A DNA stretch of 32,000 nucleotides from contig NZ_LWLG01000013.1 in the NCBI RefSeq assembly GCF_001652585.1, positions 1 to 32,000 on the forward strand. Direction: 5' to 3'. Every line of letters starts with the position of its first letter. Position 1 is the first letter of the stretch. The notes under the pieces were generated by a model. It did not search any database. It was not told the origin of the DNA and saw only the letters and a program-made list of their open reading frames with translations. Positions 15,163 to 24,756 of this stretch are shown here, one piece after another. The translations under genes were made by a program, and so were the position numbers. The stretch comes from Thermosulfurimonas dismutans. Its GTDB lineage: Bacteria > Desulfobacterota > Thermodesulfobacteria > Thermodesulfobacteriales > Thermodesulfobacteriaceae.

Positions 15163-16013
15163 ACCTTTCTCCCGGTAAAGTGAATGAAGGCGTCCTCCAG
15201 GTTAATCCGCCTCAAGGTTACGGACTCGCCCTGTTTAGACAACTTCATAGCTTCCCTTTCAGCCTCCCCGCGATTCCGGAAGTAGTAGGTTTTGAGGCCT
15301 TCAGAAGTCACCACATCCACAGCCACTTCCCCAAGGGTTTGGATAAAGTTTTGGGGGGTATCAAGGGCCACGATCCGTCCCCGGTCAAGAAAGGCCACCC
15401 TATCGGCCAGAAACTCGGCCTCCTCGATGTAATGCGTGGTGAGGAGAATAGTAGTTCCCTTAGTCTGGATCTGCTTGATGAGCCCCCAGAGTCGACGTCG
15501 AATGTGAGGATCGAGCCCCACGGTGGGTTCGTCCATAAAAAGAATACGCGGCGCATGGAGCAGAGCCCTAATGATAAGAAGACGCCGTTTCATGCCACCT
15601 GAAAGGGTCCGTACCCTCTGGTTTCGTCTCTCCCAAAGCTCGGCAAATCGTAGGAGTTCCTCAGCCCTCTGGGCTATGGCCCTGCGGGACATGCCGAAAA
15701 GGAGACCGTGAATGAGAAGATTCTCCCAGAGGGTAAGTTCTAGATCCAAGTTCACAGCCTGAGGCACAAGCCCTACCATCCTCTTGGCCGCTAGCGACTC
15801 CCTAAAAATATCTTTCTCGAAAAACCAGACCCGTCCGGCGGTGGGACGGGTAAGCCCAGAAAGGATACGAATGGTGGTGGTCTTTCCTGCCCCATTCGGG
15901 CCGAGAAGGGCGAAAAGTTCTCCCTCCCTGATCTCAAAGGAGACCCCATCTAGGGCCCGAAGCCGACCATATTCCTTGACTAGCGACTCGATTCTTACCG
16001 CCAGGCCTGCCAT
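15159..16013 (-). CDS. ABC transporter ATP-binding protein (ABC-2 / DrrA-like subfamily)
   Basis: Walker A GPNGAGKTTT, signature LSGGMKRRL, Walker B ILFMDEPTVGLD. I place the start at ATG 16013 (MAGLAVRIESL...) rather than the track TTG 16037. Confidence 0.9.
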   Translation of the reverse strand: MAGLAVRIESLVKEYGRLRALDGVSFEIREGELFALLGPNGAGKTTTIRILSGLTRPTAGRVWFFEKDIFRESLAAKRMVGLVPQAVNLDLELTLWENLLIHGLLFGMSRRAIAQRAEELLRFAELWERRNQRVRTLSGGMKRRLLIIRALLHAPRILFMDEPTVGLDPHIRRRLWGLIKQIQTKGTTILLTTHYIEEAEFLADRVAFLDRGRIVALDTPQNFIQTLGEVAVDVVTSEGLKTYYFRNRGEAEREAMKLSKQGESVTLRRINLEDAFIHFTGRKV

Positions 16014-16022
16014 AATTGTAGT

Positions 16023-16544
16023 ATGATTAAACCACAAATTTACACCCTAGGCCATTCAAACCATCCGCGGGAAGTCTTTGAGCATTTGCTCAAAGCTCAC
16101 CATATCGAGCTTCTGGTGGACGTAAGGCGATTTGCGAGTTCAAAGAAATTTCCGCATTTTGCAGGCAAGGCCTTGGCCACCTTTCTTGAGGACCGTTGTG
16201 GCGTAGGGTATCTAGCTCTGCCCGATCTCGGGGGTTATCGCAAACCCAAACCAGACTCTGTAAATACCGGTATAGAAAACCCCGGATTCAGAGGTTATGC
16301 CGACCACATGCAGACCGAGGCCTTCCAAGCGGCCTTCAAAAGACTCCTCGAAGAAGCTCGCCGTTGGACCACGGCCATAATGTGTGCCGAGGGGTTCCCC
16401 TGGCGATGTCATCGCTGGTTCTTGGCGGATCTTCTATTAATAAACGGCTTTGAGGTCAAACATATTCTTCCAGACGGGAAAATCTATCTACATCGGTTGA
16501 ATCCCCGGGCTAGAAAAGTAGGGGATTTTTTGGTGTATCGTTAG
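16023..16544 (+). CDS. DUF488 domain protein
   Basis: 173 aa. N-terminus IYTLGHSNH..ELLVDVRRFASSKKFPHF..L...GVGYLALPDLGG matches the DUF488 family pattern. Confidence 0.78.
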   Translation: MIKPQIYTLGHSNHPREVFEHLLKAHHIELLVDVRRFASSKKFPHFAGKALATFLEDRCGVGYLALPDLGGYRKPKPDSVNTGIENPGFRGYADHMQTEAFQAAFKRLLEEARRWTTAIMCAEGFPWRCHRWFLADLLLINGFEVKHILPDGKIYLHRLNPRARKVGDFLVYR

Positions 16545-17038
16545 GCCTTACGCAAAGCCTCAAAGTGGGGGAAGAGTTTGCGGTAGGTAGCCAGAATATG
16601 CTCCGGTACCACCCGGATGTCCGCCAGCACGGCCATGAAATTGGCGTCCCCCTCCCAGCGAGGCACGATCTGAAGATGGAGATGATCGGGATAACCGGCC
16701 CCGGCCACCTTCCCCAGATTGAAGCCCACATTAAAGCCATCGGGCCTGAGCACCTTTCTTAAAATCCTCAGACAGTGCTGGGCCATGACCATGAGGTCGG
16801 TGACCTCTTCCCGGGAGAGGTCCTCTAGTTCGGCCACGTGCCGTCGGGGTGAAACTAATAGATGTCCGGTGTTGTAAGGAAACTTGTTCATGATCACCAG
16901 GACCTTTTCGTCCCGGTAGAGAATCAGACGTTCCTCGTCAGGAAGCGGCCCCTCGGGGGGGCAAAAGATACATCCCGGATCCTTCTTGCCCCCTACGTAT
17001 TCTGCCCGCCAGGGTGCCCAGAGGTTCTTCCGTTCCAT
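16541..17038 (-). CDS. HIT-family nucleotide hydrolase/transferase
   Basis: Histidine-triad motif HLHLQIVPRW and N-terminal LWAPWRAEYV. The ATG at 17038 is preferred over the track GTG 17056, but neither has an obvious RBS. Confidence 0.82.
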   Translation of the reverse strand: MERKNLWAPWRAEYVGGKKDPGCIFCPPEGPLPDEERLILYRDEKVLVIMNKFPYNTGHLLVSPRRHVAELEDLSREEVTDLMVMAQHCLRILRKVLRPDGFNVGFNLGKVAGAGYPDHLHLQIVPRWEGDANFMAVLADIRVVPEHILATYRKLFPHFEALRKA

Positions 17039-17044
17039 AGCAAG

Positions 17045-17069
17045 AAAAATTAACACAAAGTTAATTTTT
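17045..17069. promoter_or_regulatory. Perfect 10-bp inverted repeat (possible operator) in the divergent HIT/ccsA region
   Basis: aaaaattaac (17045-17054), acaaa spacer, gttaattttt (17060-17069). It lies just upstream of the ccsA -35 element and of HIT ATG 17038, and overlaps the alternative HIT GTG start at 17054-17056. Confidence 0.45.
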
Positions 17070-17076
17070 ATACAAA

Positions 17077-17105
17077 TTGCGAAGTTCGTTCGATGTGGTT
17101 AGAAT
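17077..17105 (+). promoter_or_regulatory. sigma70-type promoter for ccsA-glnE (TTGCGA-17-TAGAAT)
   Basis: TTGCGA at 17077-17082, a 17-nt spacer, TAGAAT at 17100-17105. About 30 nt upstream of ccsA ATG 17136, which has an AGGAGG RBS. Confidence 0.55.
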
Positions 17106-17135
17106 GCTTTCAAACCAGGAAGGAGGATTACGAGT

Positions 17136-18053
17136 ATGCGGATAAAAGAAATCGCGGGAGGTCTTTTAGGAGCACTTTTGATATATCTGCTTCTAGCCGC
17201 TAAAAATCATACTGTCCTGGTAAGTCATGCCTACCTTTTAAGCCTGGTAACTTTTATTTACCTGGCCGCGGCGGCCGGATATCTCCTTCACTGGATCTTT
17301 AAGTGGGAGGGTATGGGGCTGGCTTCCTCAGCTATAGCCTGGGCCGGCATCCTTTTGCATACCGCAGGCTGGGGAATCCGCTGGTGGGAGTCTCATGAAC
17401 TGGGTTATGGACACATTCCCCTCTCAAACCTCTATGAATCCTTGATCTTCTTTGCCTGGGCTGTCATGGCGGTTTATCTCTTTCTCGAGCTCAAGCTCCG
17501 GCGTAAAGCCTTGGGGGCCTTTGTAGCTCCGGTAGCCTCCCTCATTATGGCCTACGCCTCCTTTGGAACCAGCACCGAGATCGAACCTCTGGTCCCCGCC
17601 TTACAGAGCAACTGGCTTACGGCCCACGTCATCACCTGTTTTCTGGGCTACGGGGCCTTTGCGGTGGCCTTCGGGTTGGGGTTGGTTTATCTTTTCCGTC
17701 CTCGGACGGTGGCCCCGAGCTCTATTTGGCAGTATCTCCCAGAACAAGAAACCCTGGATAACCTTATGTACAAGATCATACTCTTTGGATTCTTCTGGCT
17801 CACGGTAGGTATCATTACCGGAGCAGTCTGGGCGGATCAGGCCTGGGGTTCCTACTGGAGTTGGGACCCGAAGGAGACCTGGTCCCTCATTACCTGGTTC
17901 ATTTACGCCGCGGCCATCCACGCCCGCATCACCCGGGGCTGGACCGGCAAACGCATGGCCTTCCTTTCAGTAGTGGGCTTCGGGGCCGTGCTATTTACCT
18001 ATTTCGGAGTAAACTTCTGGCTCTCGGGGCTTCACAGCTACGCCAGTTCCTAA
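17136..18053 (+). CDS. ccsA: cytochrome c biogenesis protein CcsA/ResC (system II heme handling)
   Basis: 305 aa, polytopic. Trp-rich WWD-type motif WGSYWSWDPKETWSLITW and conserved His residues (LTAHV, AAIHAR). Confidence 0.85.
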   Translation: MRIKEIAGGLLGALLIYLLLAAKNHTVLVSHAYLLSLVTFIYLAAAAGYLLHWIFKWEGMGLASSAIAWAGILLHTAGWGIRWWESHELGYGHIPLSNLYESLIFFAWAVMAVYLFLELKLRRKALGAFVAPVASLIMAYASFGTSTEIEPLVPALQSNWLTAHVITCFLGYGAFAVAFGLGLVYLFRPRTVAPSSIWQYLPEQETLDNLMYKIILFGFFWLTVGIITGAVWADQAWGSYWSWDPKETWSLITWFIYAAAIHARITRGWTGKRMAFLSVVGFGAVLFTYFGVNFWLSGLHSYASS

Positions 18054-20801
18054 GTGGATCTTAAAGAACTCATAGCTACAGCCCCGGATTCCAAGGCCGC
18101 CGAAAGGTATCTAGAGGCCTTAAAGGAGACCTATGGGGAGTCTACGTTCAGAAAACTACTGTCTTCCCCGAACCTCAAGGAGCTCATCCGAGTTTTGGGA
18201 TTCTCGCCCTATGCGGCGAGCGTTCTCATCCGTAACACGGAGGCCTTACAACCTTTCTTGGAAAAAGAGCCTCTAAGGCCTCCAAACCCAAAAGGCCTTT
18301 TAAAAGAGTTAAATCTCGCTCTCCAAAAAGACAGAGATTTTCGAAACGCGGCCCTGATTTTAAGGGCGGTCAAACAAAGGGAAGTCCTAAAGATTTTAGC
18401 TTTGGATCTTTCAGGAGAATCTTTCACTAGAACGGTGAGACGTCTCACCCATCTGGCCGAAGTCCTGGTAAGAGCTGGGCTCTCTTTTTGTGTCAAACTT
18501 TTCGGAGTTCCCGAAAGAGACATCCTGGTGCTGGCCTTCGGGAAATTCGGCGGACGGGAACTGAATTACGCTTCCGACATTGATTTGGCTTACTTCCACG
18601 TTCCAGGAGTCGAAAAGGTCCGGGTCATAAAACTCCTGGAGACCTTTACCCGTCTGATGGATGGCCTTTTTGAGGGCGAAAGGGTATGGCGGGTAGATTT
18701 GCGGTTAAGACCGGGAGGTAAGGAAGGAGAGATCAGTTTAAGCCTGCCGGCAGCCCGGGAATATTATCTCTATCATATCCATCCTTTTGAACGCCTGGCC
18801 CTCATTCGGGCTCGCCCCGTGGCCGGGAATATTCCCCTTGGCTACGCCCTTTTGCGAAGCCTTCGTCCGGTAGTTTTTCCCCAGTACCTAGATTACTCCT
18901 ATCTGGAACACGTTCGTGACCTCAAGGAACGCATCCGTAAGGAAACCGTCCGACGGGGAATTGAGGACGACCTCAAGATCGGAAAGGGCGGCATCAGAGA
19001 GGTGGAATTCCTGGTTCAGGCCTTACAGAGCATTTATGGCGGTAAACATCCTGGTCTGAGGGGGCGTGGAGTAATCCCAAACCTCAGGAGACTCGCCCGT
19101 CTGAACGTTATTCCCGCCTCCGAAGCCCGAGAACTGGAAGAAGCCTATGTCTTTCTCCGCATGGTAGAACATCGCATCCAGAGTCGCTATTTTCAGCAAA
19201 CTGCCCGGCTTCCTAGAGAACCCTTGGCCATAACCGTCATTGCTCGCAGTCTGAGGTTCGAAAATTCGGAAAGTTTTCTGAATCATCTCGAGACCACTCG
19301 GAAAAGGGTCTCCTCCAAATTTGAGGCCTTTCTTTCCCCGGCTTGTCCAAAAGAAAAATCAGAATTGGTAAAACGGTTAGAAGAAAGCCTGCTCTCCGAT
19401 GAGCCCTTAAAGGAAACTTCTCAATGCACCGGGGTTCCAGAAAACCTTCTTGAAGACCTCCGGAGCCTTATTAAGGCGAAAGGCCCTCTCTCTACCAAAA
19501 AAACCGCCCTTCTAAAGGATCTTCTTCCGCAGATTTTAGACACTTTGCTCGGGCTTCCAGAAAAAGACAAAGCCCTCTCTCGCCTCATCACCTTCTTCGA
19601 AAGACTGGGAGGTCGACTTTCCCTCCTGCAGGCCTTCAAGGAAAAACCCTCGATGCTGGATCGTTTGATAAAACTAATCTCCATTTCTGAATTCTTGTGG
19701 CGTCTTCTGGAAGCTCATCCCGAACTTGCAGAAACGTTGTTTGAACCCCAAATTGAGCCCCAAGAGGATCTTTTCCTAAGAAGGCTGAATCACCTTCCTT
19801 ACGACGAAGCCCTTTCTACCTTGCGAACTCTAAAAAACGAGCTCCTGGTCGAGACCGCTTTACTTGATCTTGAGGGCCGGATACCCATAGAAACCGTCCT
19901 CTCAAGGCTTACCGTCACCGCAGAACTTTTCGTCCATTTTACCCACCAGATCACTTTACACAGGCTATCCGAGGAATGGGGGCGAAGCTTCCCTGGAGCA
20001 TTTGCCATTTTCGGACTGGGCAAGCTCGGGGCCCGGGAGATGGGTTACCGTTCGGACCTAGACCTAGTATTCGTCTATGAAGGGCCTCCAGAAGCCACCG
20101 CCCTTTCCGCCAAACTGGCCCAGCGTTTCCTCTCCTACCTTTCGCTAAGACTTCCCGGAGGAGAGGGTTATCCCGTAGATGCTCGTCTGCGTCCCGAAGG
20201 ACGCAAGGGCCCCCTTACAGTGCCTCTTTCGGGATTTCTCCACTACTACCGAGAGGAAGCCGACCTGTGGGAACTCGTGGCAGCCACCCGTCTCCGTTTC
20301 CTCTGCGGAGATACCGCTTTAGGGAAAAAAGTCACGAGTGAGGTCCGAAAAATTATCGCCCGCAAGGCCATTGATCATCAATTTCTGCAAGAGCTCTACC
20401 GAATGCGGCTCTATATGGAAAAAGAAAGAGGGCGAGAGGATAGTGAACACCTAAACCCTAAACTGGGCTACGGTGGCCTTGCAGATCTCGAATTTCTGGC
20501 TGCCATCCAGGCCATACAGCTCCTAAAAGAGCAACCCGAACTCGAAGAAACTAATACCCTTGCGATCCTTCAAACCATGTCGGAAAACCGGGTACTGGTC
20601 CAAAATTATCTCTTCTTGCGAGAGGTGGAACAAAAGCTTATTCTTCTCTACGACCCCAAAGAGGAGGATCCATGCTATCCGAAAAAACTTCTTGGGTCTT
20701 TAGAACCCTGGTTGGGTAAAGAGGTAAGGGAACGGTACGAAAATGTCGTCCGGGAAAATCGAAAAATCTTTGAAGCCTACTTCCATAGAAGAAATACCTG
20801 A
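18054..20801 (+). CDS. glnE: bifunctional glutamine synthetase adenylyltransferase / adenylyl-removing enzyme
   Basis: 915 aa. Two nucleotidyltransferase modules (GKFGGRELNYASDIDLAYF and GLGKLGAREMGYRSDLDLVFVY), each followed by a GlnE-type helical domain. The GTG start follows the ccsA stop directly. Confidence 0.9.
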   Translation: MDLKELIATAPDSKAAERYLEALKETYGESTFRKLLSSPNLKELIRVLGFSPYAASVLIRNTEALQPFLEKEPLRPPNPKGLLKELNLALQKDRDFRNAALILRAVKQREVLKILALDLSGESFTRTVRRLTHLAEVLVRAGLSFCVKLFGVPERDILVLAFGKFGGRELNYASDIDLAYFHVPGVEKVRVIKLLETFTRLMDGLFEGERVWRVDLRLRPGGKEGEISLSLPAAREYYLYHIHPFERLALIRARPVAGNIPLGYALLRSLRPVVFPQYLDYSYLEHVRDLKERIRKETVRRGIEDDLKIGKGGIREVEFLVQALQSIYGGKHPGLRGRGVIPNLRRLARLNVIPASEARELEEAYVFLRMVEHRIQSRYFQQTARLPREPLAITVIARSLRFENSESFLNHLETTRKRVSSKFEAFLSPACPKEKSELVKRLEESLLSDEPLKETSQCTGVPENLLEDLRSLIKAKGPLSTKKTALLKDLLPQILDTLLGLPEKDKALSRLITFFERLGGRLSLLQAFKEKPSMLDRLIKLISISEFLWRLLEAHPELAETLFEPQIEPQEDLFLRRLNHLPYDEALSTLRTLKNELLVETALLDLEGRIPIETVLSRLTVTAELFVHFTHQITLHRLSEEWGRSFPGAFAIFGLGKLGAREMGYRSDLDLVFVYEGPPEATALSAKLAQRFLSYLSLRLPGGEGYPVDARLRPEGRKGPLTVPLSGFLHYYREEADLWELVAATRLRFLCGDTALGKKVTSEVRKIIARKAIDHQFLQELYRMRLYMEKERGREDSEHLNPKLGYGGLADLEFLAAIQAIQLLKEQPELEETNTLAILQTMSENRVLVQNYLFLREVEQKLILLYDPKEEDPCYPKKLLGSLEPWLGKEVRERYENVVRENRKIFEAYFHRRNT

Positions 20802-21831
20802 AGATTTTCGGCTTAAGGCCTATCATTATGATCTTCCCGAGGAACTCATCGCCTACTATCCCTCTCCCAAGCGGGAGGAGTCTCGCCTGCTGGTCTTACA
20901 TCGGCAGAGTAAAAAAATAGAACATCGCAAGCGTTTTAGTGAAATCGTAGAATATTTACGCCCAGGAGATCTACTGGTCCTAAACGACACTAGGGTCTTT
21001 CCGGCGAGGCTTCTCGGAAGGAAGGAAAGCGGTGGACGGGTGGAGATCCTTTTGTTGAGGCTGCCCGAGGCCGGAAAACCGGTCCCCGCCCTTTACCGGG
21101 GTAAAAAACTCTTTCCGGGCTACCGTGTAATCTTTTCCGAAAGGCTTTCCGGAAGGGTTCTTTCCAAGGACCCGGACGGTAAAATCGAAATCCTCCTTGA
21201 AGGCCCGGACGACCTCCTTTCGGCCCTAAAGGAAGTGGGTAAAGTCCCCCTGCCTCCTTATATCAAGCGGGACCCACAAGCCGAAGACCTTTTCCGTTAC
21301 CAGACGGTCTATGCCCGCAAGAACGGCTCGGTGGCGGCTCCCACGGCTGGCTTCCATTTCTCTGAAGCCCTGCTTGCAAAGCTTGAGGCCCAGGGTGTAC
21401 GTCTGGCCTTCATCACCCTGCATGTGGGTTACGGAACCTTTTCCCCGGTCAAGACCCCGGACATACGGGATCACCGTATTCATGAGGAATACGTGGAGAT
21501 TCCCGAAGAAACCGTAATAGCGGTGGAGGAAACCAAGAAACATGGTAGACGGGTGATCGCAGTGGGCACCACCACGGTAAGGGCTTTAGAGTGGGGAGCC
21601 CTTTCAGGAAAACTCGAACCCCGTTCCGGTTGGTGCGATCTCTACATTTACCCTGGTTTTGAGTTCCGGGTGATCTCGTCCATGGTGACCAATTTCCATC
21701 TACCGGGCTCAAGTCTTCTCATCCTGGTTTCGGCCTTTGCCGGCCGCAAGCTAATTCTTTCGGCCTACCAAGAGGCCATCCGGCGACGTTATCGCTTTTT
21801 CTCTTACGGTGACGCCATGTTTATTCTGTGA
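20743..21831 (+). CDS. queA: S-adenosylmethionine:tRNA ribosyltransferase-isomerase
   Basis: The [40 protein letters not shown] and [11 protein letters not shown] motifs. Only ATG 20743 is available in frame, which gives a 59-nt overlap with glnE. Confidence 0.9.
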   Translation: MSSGKIEKSLKPTSIEEIPEDFRLKAYHYDLPEELIAYYPSPKREESRLLVLHRQSKKIEHRKRFSEIVEYLRPGDLLVLNDTRVFPARLLGRKESGGRVEILLLRLPEAGKPVPALYRGKKLFPGYRVIFSERLSGRVLSKDPDGKIEILLEGPDDLLSALKEVGKVPLPPYIKRDPQAEDLFRYQTVYARKNGSVAAPTAGFHFSEALLAKLEAQGVRLAFITLHVGYGTFSPVKTPDIRDHRIHEEYVEIPEETVIAVEETKKHGRRVIAVGTTTVRALEWGALSGKLEPRSGWCDLYIYPGFEFRVISSMVTNFHLPGSSLLILVSAFAGRKLILSAYQEAIRRRYRFFSYGDAMFIL

Positions 21832-22892
21832 AATGTGGTATAAATTACCACGTGACCATTCGCGAAAGTCTTGAAAAACTTGAGGAAGAAATCCTTTCCC
21901 CGTGGGCAGCCAAAGCCCATCATTCCAAGGGTCGTCTAGTCTCCGAACCCGAGTGTCCTCTCCGGACCTGTTTTCAGCGAGACCGAGATCGCATCATCCA
22001 CAGCAAGGCCTTCCGACGTCTCAAACACAAGACCCAAGTCTTCTTGGCTCCCACCGGGGACCACTACCGCACCCGTCTCACCCACACCCTGGAGGTAGCC
22101 CAAATCGCACGCACCATCGCTCGGGCCTTGCGCCTCAACGAGGATCTCACCGAGGCCATTGCCCTGGGACACGATTTGGGACATACGCCTTTCGGCCACG
22201 CCGGCGAAGAGGTCCTAAACGAACTGGTGCCGGGCGGCTTTCGGCACTATGAACAGAGCCTACGCGTGGTAGATTTCCTTGAGAAAGAAGGCCGAGGCCT
22301 CAACCTCACCTTCGAGGTTCGGGATGGCATCCTGAAACACTCCAAAGGTCTTGGGCCCATTCTCACCCCGGATGAGGATGGGCCGGCCACCCTTGAGGGT
22401 GAAGTGGTACGGCTGGCGGACATCATCGCTTACGTAAATCACGATCTGGACGACGCCCTCAGGGCGGGTCTCATCCGTGAGAAGGATATCCCGGAAAACT
22501 GTCTCCGGATACTAGGCCGACGCCATGCCGAGCGCATCAATACCATGGTGAGCGATGTGATAAGGGAAACCCTGGCAGCCGAAGACCGAACTCTGCATCT
22601 TTCGGCACCGGTTCTAAAGGCCCTGGAAGATCTACGGAGCTTTCTCTTCGAAAAGGTCTATCGCTCGCCGGCTGTCAGACGGGAATTCGAAAAGGCTCGA
22701 AGGATATTGACCGACCTTTTCGAATATTATCTCCAACAGGAAACGGTATGGGAAAAAGAGATGTCCTGCTATGAGGAAGGCACTCCCAAGGAACGGATAG
22801 TGTGCGATTTCATCGCGGGGATGACCGACCGTTACGCCTTGTACCTTTACGAAAAACTTTTTATACCCAAACCCTTTGCCGGAGGTCTGTGA
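21828..22892 (+). CDS. dGTPase-like HD-domain triphosphohydrolase
   Basis: 354 aa. [34 protein letters not shown] and [11 protein letters not shown] motifs. The start is uncertain (GTG 21828 or GTG 21852). Confidence 0.85.
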   Translation: MKCGINYHVTIRESLEKLEEEILSPWAAKAHHSKGRLVSEPECPLRTCFQRDRDRIIHSKAFRRLKHKTQVFLAPTGDHYRTRLTHTLEVAQIARTIARALRLNEDLTEAIALGHDLGHTPFGHAGEEVLNELVPGGFRHYEQSLRVVDFLEKEGRGLNLTFEVRDGILKHSKGLGPILTPDEDGPATLEGEVVRLADIIAYVNHDLDDALRAGLIREKDIPENCLRILGRRHAERINTMVSDVIRETLAAEDRTLHLSAPVLKALEDLRSFLFEKVYRSPAVRREFEKARRILTDLFEYYLQQETVWEKEMSCYEEGTPKERIVCDFIAGMTDRYALYLYEKLFIPKPFAGGL

Positions 22893-23683
22893 TGTTCAAA
22901 CTGGGGTGGTTTTCCACGGGAAGGGACGAGGCTGCAAGGTTGCTCCTGCAAACGGTCTTCGATCGTATAGCCGAGGGCTTTATTCCGGCCAAAATGGCCT
23001 ATGTCTTTGTAAGCCGCAGACCCGGAGAAAGTGCTGAATCGGATCTCTTTTTTAAACTCTGTGAGGACCTAGGACTCCAAACCATTTATCTCTCGGCCAG
23101 AGAATTCAAGCCCGACTTGAGGATCCAAGATCGTGAGGCCTGGCGCAACGAATATCATCGTATGGTTCTCGACAAGCTACCGGAAGAGGTAGACCTGGTC
23201 GTCCTTGCGGGGTACATGTGGGTGGTATCCGAAGAAATGTGCCGTGAGCTTCCGATGTTAAACCTTCACCCGGCGCTTCCCGGAGGGCCCAAGGGCACCT
23301 GGCAGGAGGTCATCTGGCAGCTAATCTCGGCCCGCGCCGCCGAAACCGGCGTCATGATGCATCGGGTAACCCCAGTGCTTGACGAAGGCCCGGCGGCTAC
23401 CTTTTGCCGTTTCTCCATCCGCACAGATTCCTTCCGCTCTCTTTGGGAAGCCTGCGAAAAAAAACTACTCAAACACGGACTGTCAGCTATCCTTCAAACG
23501 GAAGGGGAAAACGAACCCCTTTTCCGCAAGATCCGGGAAGAAGGGGTCAAACGGGAATTACCCCTCATAGTCTATACTCTCAAGGCCTTTGCCGAAGGAG
23601 AGATTGACTGGCAAGCCCCTGAACTACCGCTTGATCTTTCCCTCCGTATCGAAAAACATCTCGAAACCGGGAGCTGGGCGTGA
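22892..23683 (+). CDS. PurN-like formyltransferase-family protein with a C-terminal extension
   Basis: DLVVLAGYMWVV...NLHPALPGGPKG...VTPVLDEGP parallels the PurN Asn/His/Asp catalytic regions. ATG 22892 ([12 protein letters not shown]) overlaps the upstream stop (TGATG), with GGAGG 7 nt upstream. It is about 60 aa longer than a typical PurN. Confidence 0.6.
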   Translation: MFKLGWFSTGRDEAARLLLQTVFDRIAEGFIPAKMAYVFVSRRPGESAESDLFFKLCEDLGLQTIYLSAREFKPDLRIQDREAWRNEYHRMVLDKLPEEVDLVVLAGYMWVVSEEMCRELPMLNLHPALPGGPKGTWQEVIWQLISARAAETGVMMHRVTPVLDEGPAATFCRFSIRTDSFRSLWEACEKKLLKHGLSAILQTEGENEPLFRKIREEGVKRELPLIVYTLKAFAEGEIDWQAPELPLDLSLRIEKHLETGSWA

Positions 23684-24756
23684 TTTTAGGACACGGGGGA
23701 GAGATCTACCACCTGGCCCGCAAACTTGGGCTCAAGCCCGGAGAAATATCCGATTTTAGCAGCAACGTGAGTCCTCTTCCGCCTCCGGAAGGTCTGTACG
23801 AAATCCTGAGGGCCAAACTTCACGAGATAGAGAGTCTGCCCGAGGTGGATAGTTTTTCCTTGCGCAAGGCCCTAGCGGAAAGATTCGGGCTCTCTCCGGA
23901 AAGTTTCTTTCCTTCCTCCGGGACCACGGAATGGATCTTCGCCCTGCCCTCAATCATAAAACCCGACCGGGTAGTCATCTTGGGGCCCACCTATGCCGAT
24001 TACGAAGACGCCGCCCGAAGGGCCGGCCTTCCAGTAATCTACGTCCTGGCCGAGGAGAATACGGAATTCGAACCCCCTCTTTCCAAACTATCGGAAACCA
24101 TCAAGCCGGGGGATCTAGTCTTCATTTGCAACCCTAACAACCCCACCGGACGATTCATCCCCCGAAAGAAACTTTTGGATCTCATTGCCGCCCATCCCAA
24201 AACTCATTTCGTAGTAGACGAGTCCTATCTCCCCTTCGTTGCCGGGGACCAAGAAAGTCTGCTGACGGCTCGCCCTTTTCCCGAACACGTAATGGTATTC
24301 TTCTCGTTCTCTAAGATCTATCGCATTCCGGGCCTAAGATTGGGGCTGCTGGCCACAGGCGAAAAGTGGAAGGAGAAGGTTTCTGAAAAGGAAACGCCCT
24401 GGGCGGTGAATCGCCTGGCCCAAATAGCCGGTGAGTTCCTCCTTAAACAGAAAGCTTACGAAAACAAAGTTCGGGCCTTCGTGAAAGAGGAGGCCCGGAA
24501 GTTGGTTTTAGAACTACAGGCCTTGGGCTTCCATCCGTTTCCCTCTCAAGTACACTTCTTGCTCCTCAGAGTTCCAGGAGGTCTCTCTGGACGCAGATTG
24601 AAGGACAAACTACTTCATGGACACCATATTCTCATCCGTGCCTGTTACAACTTCTATGGTCTTGACGATGGCTTCATAAGGATCGCTTTGAAGGACACCA
24701 AAGAAAATCAGAAATTGCTTCAAGCCTTAGCTGACACCCTCAGGGATCTTTCTTGA
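23680..24756 (+). CDS. class I/II PLP-dependent aminotransferase family, CobD-like threonine-phosphate decarboxylase / HisC-like
   Basis: 358 aa. N-terminus HGGEIY..DFSSNVSPLPPP resembles CobD. Putative PLP-lysine motif FSFSKIYRIPGLRLG. GTGA overlap with the upstream gene. Confidence 0.72.
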   Translation: MILGHGGEIYHLARKLGLKPGEISDFSSNVSPLPPPEGLYEILRAKLHEIESLPEVDSFSLRKALAERFGLSPESFFPSSGTTEWIFALPSIIKPDRVVILGPTYADYEDAARRAGLPVIYVLAEENTEFEPPLSKLSETIKPGDLVFICNPNNPTGRFIPRKKLLDLIAAHPKTHFVVDESYLPFVAGDQESLLTARPFPEHVMVFFSFSKIYRIPGLRLGLLATGEKWKEKVSEKETPWAVNRLAQIAGEFLLKQKAYENKVRAFVKEEARKLVLELQALGFHPFPSQVHFLLLRVPGGLSGRRLKDKLLHGHHILIRACYNFYGLDDGFIRIALKDTKENQKLLQALADTLRDLS

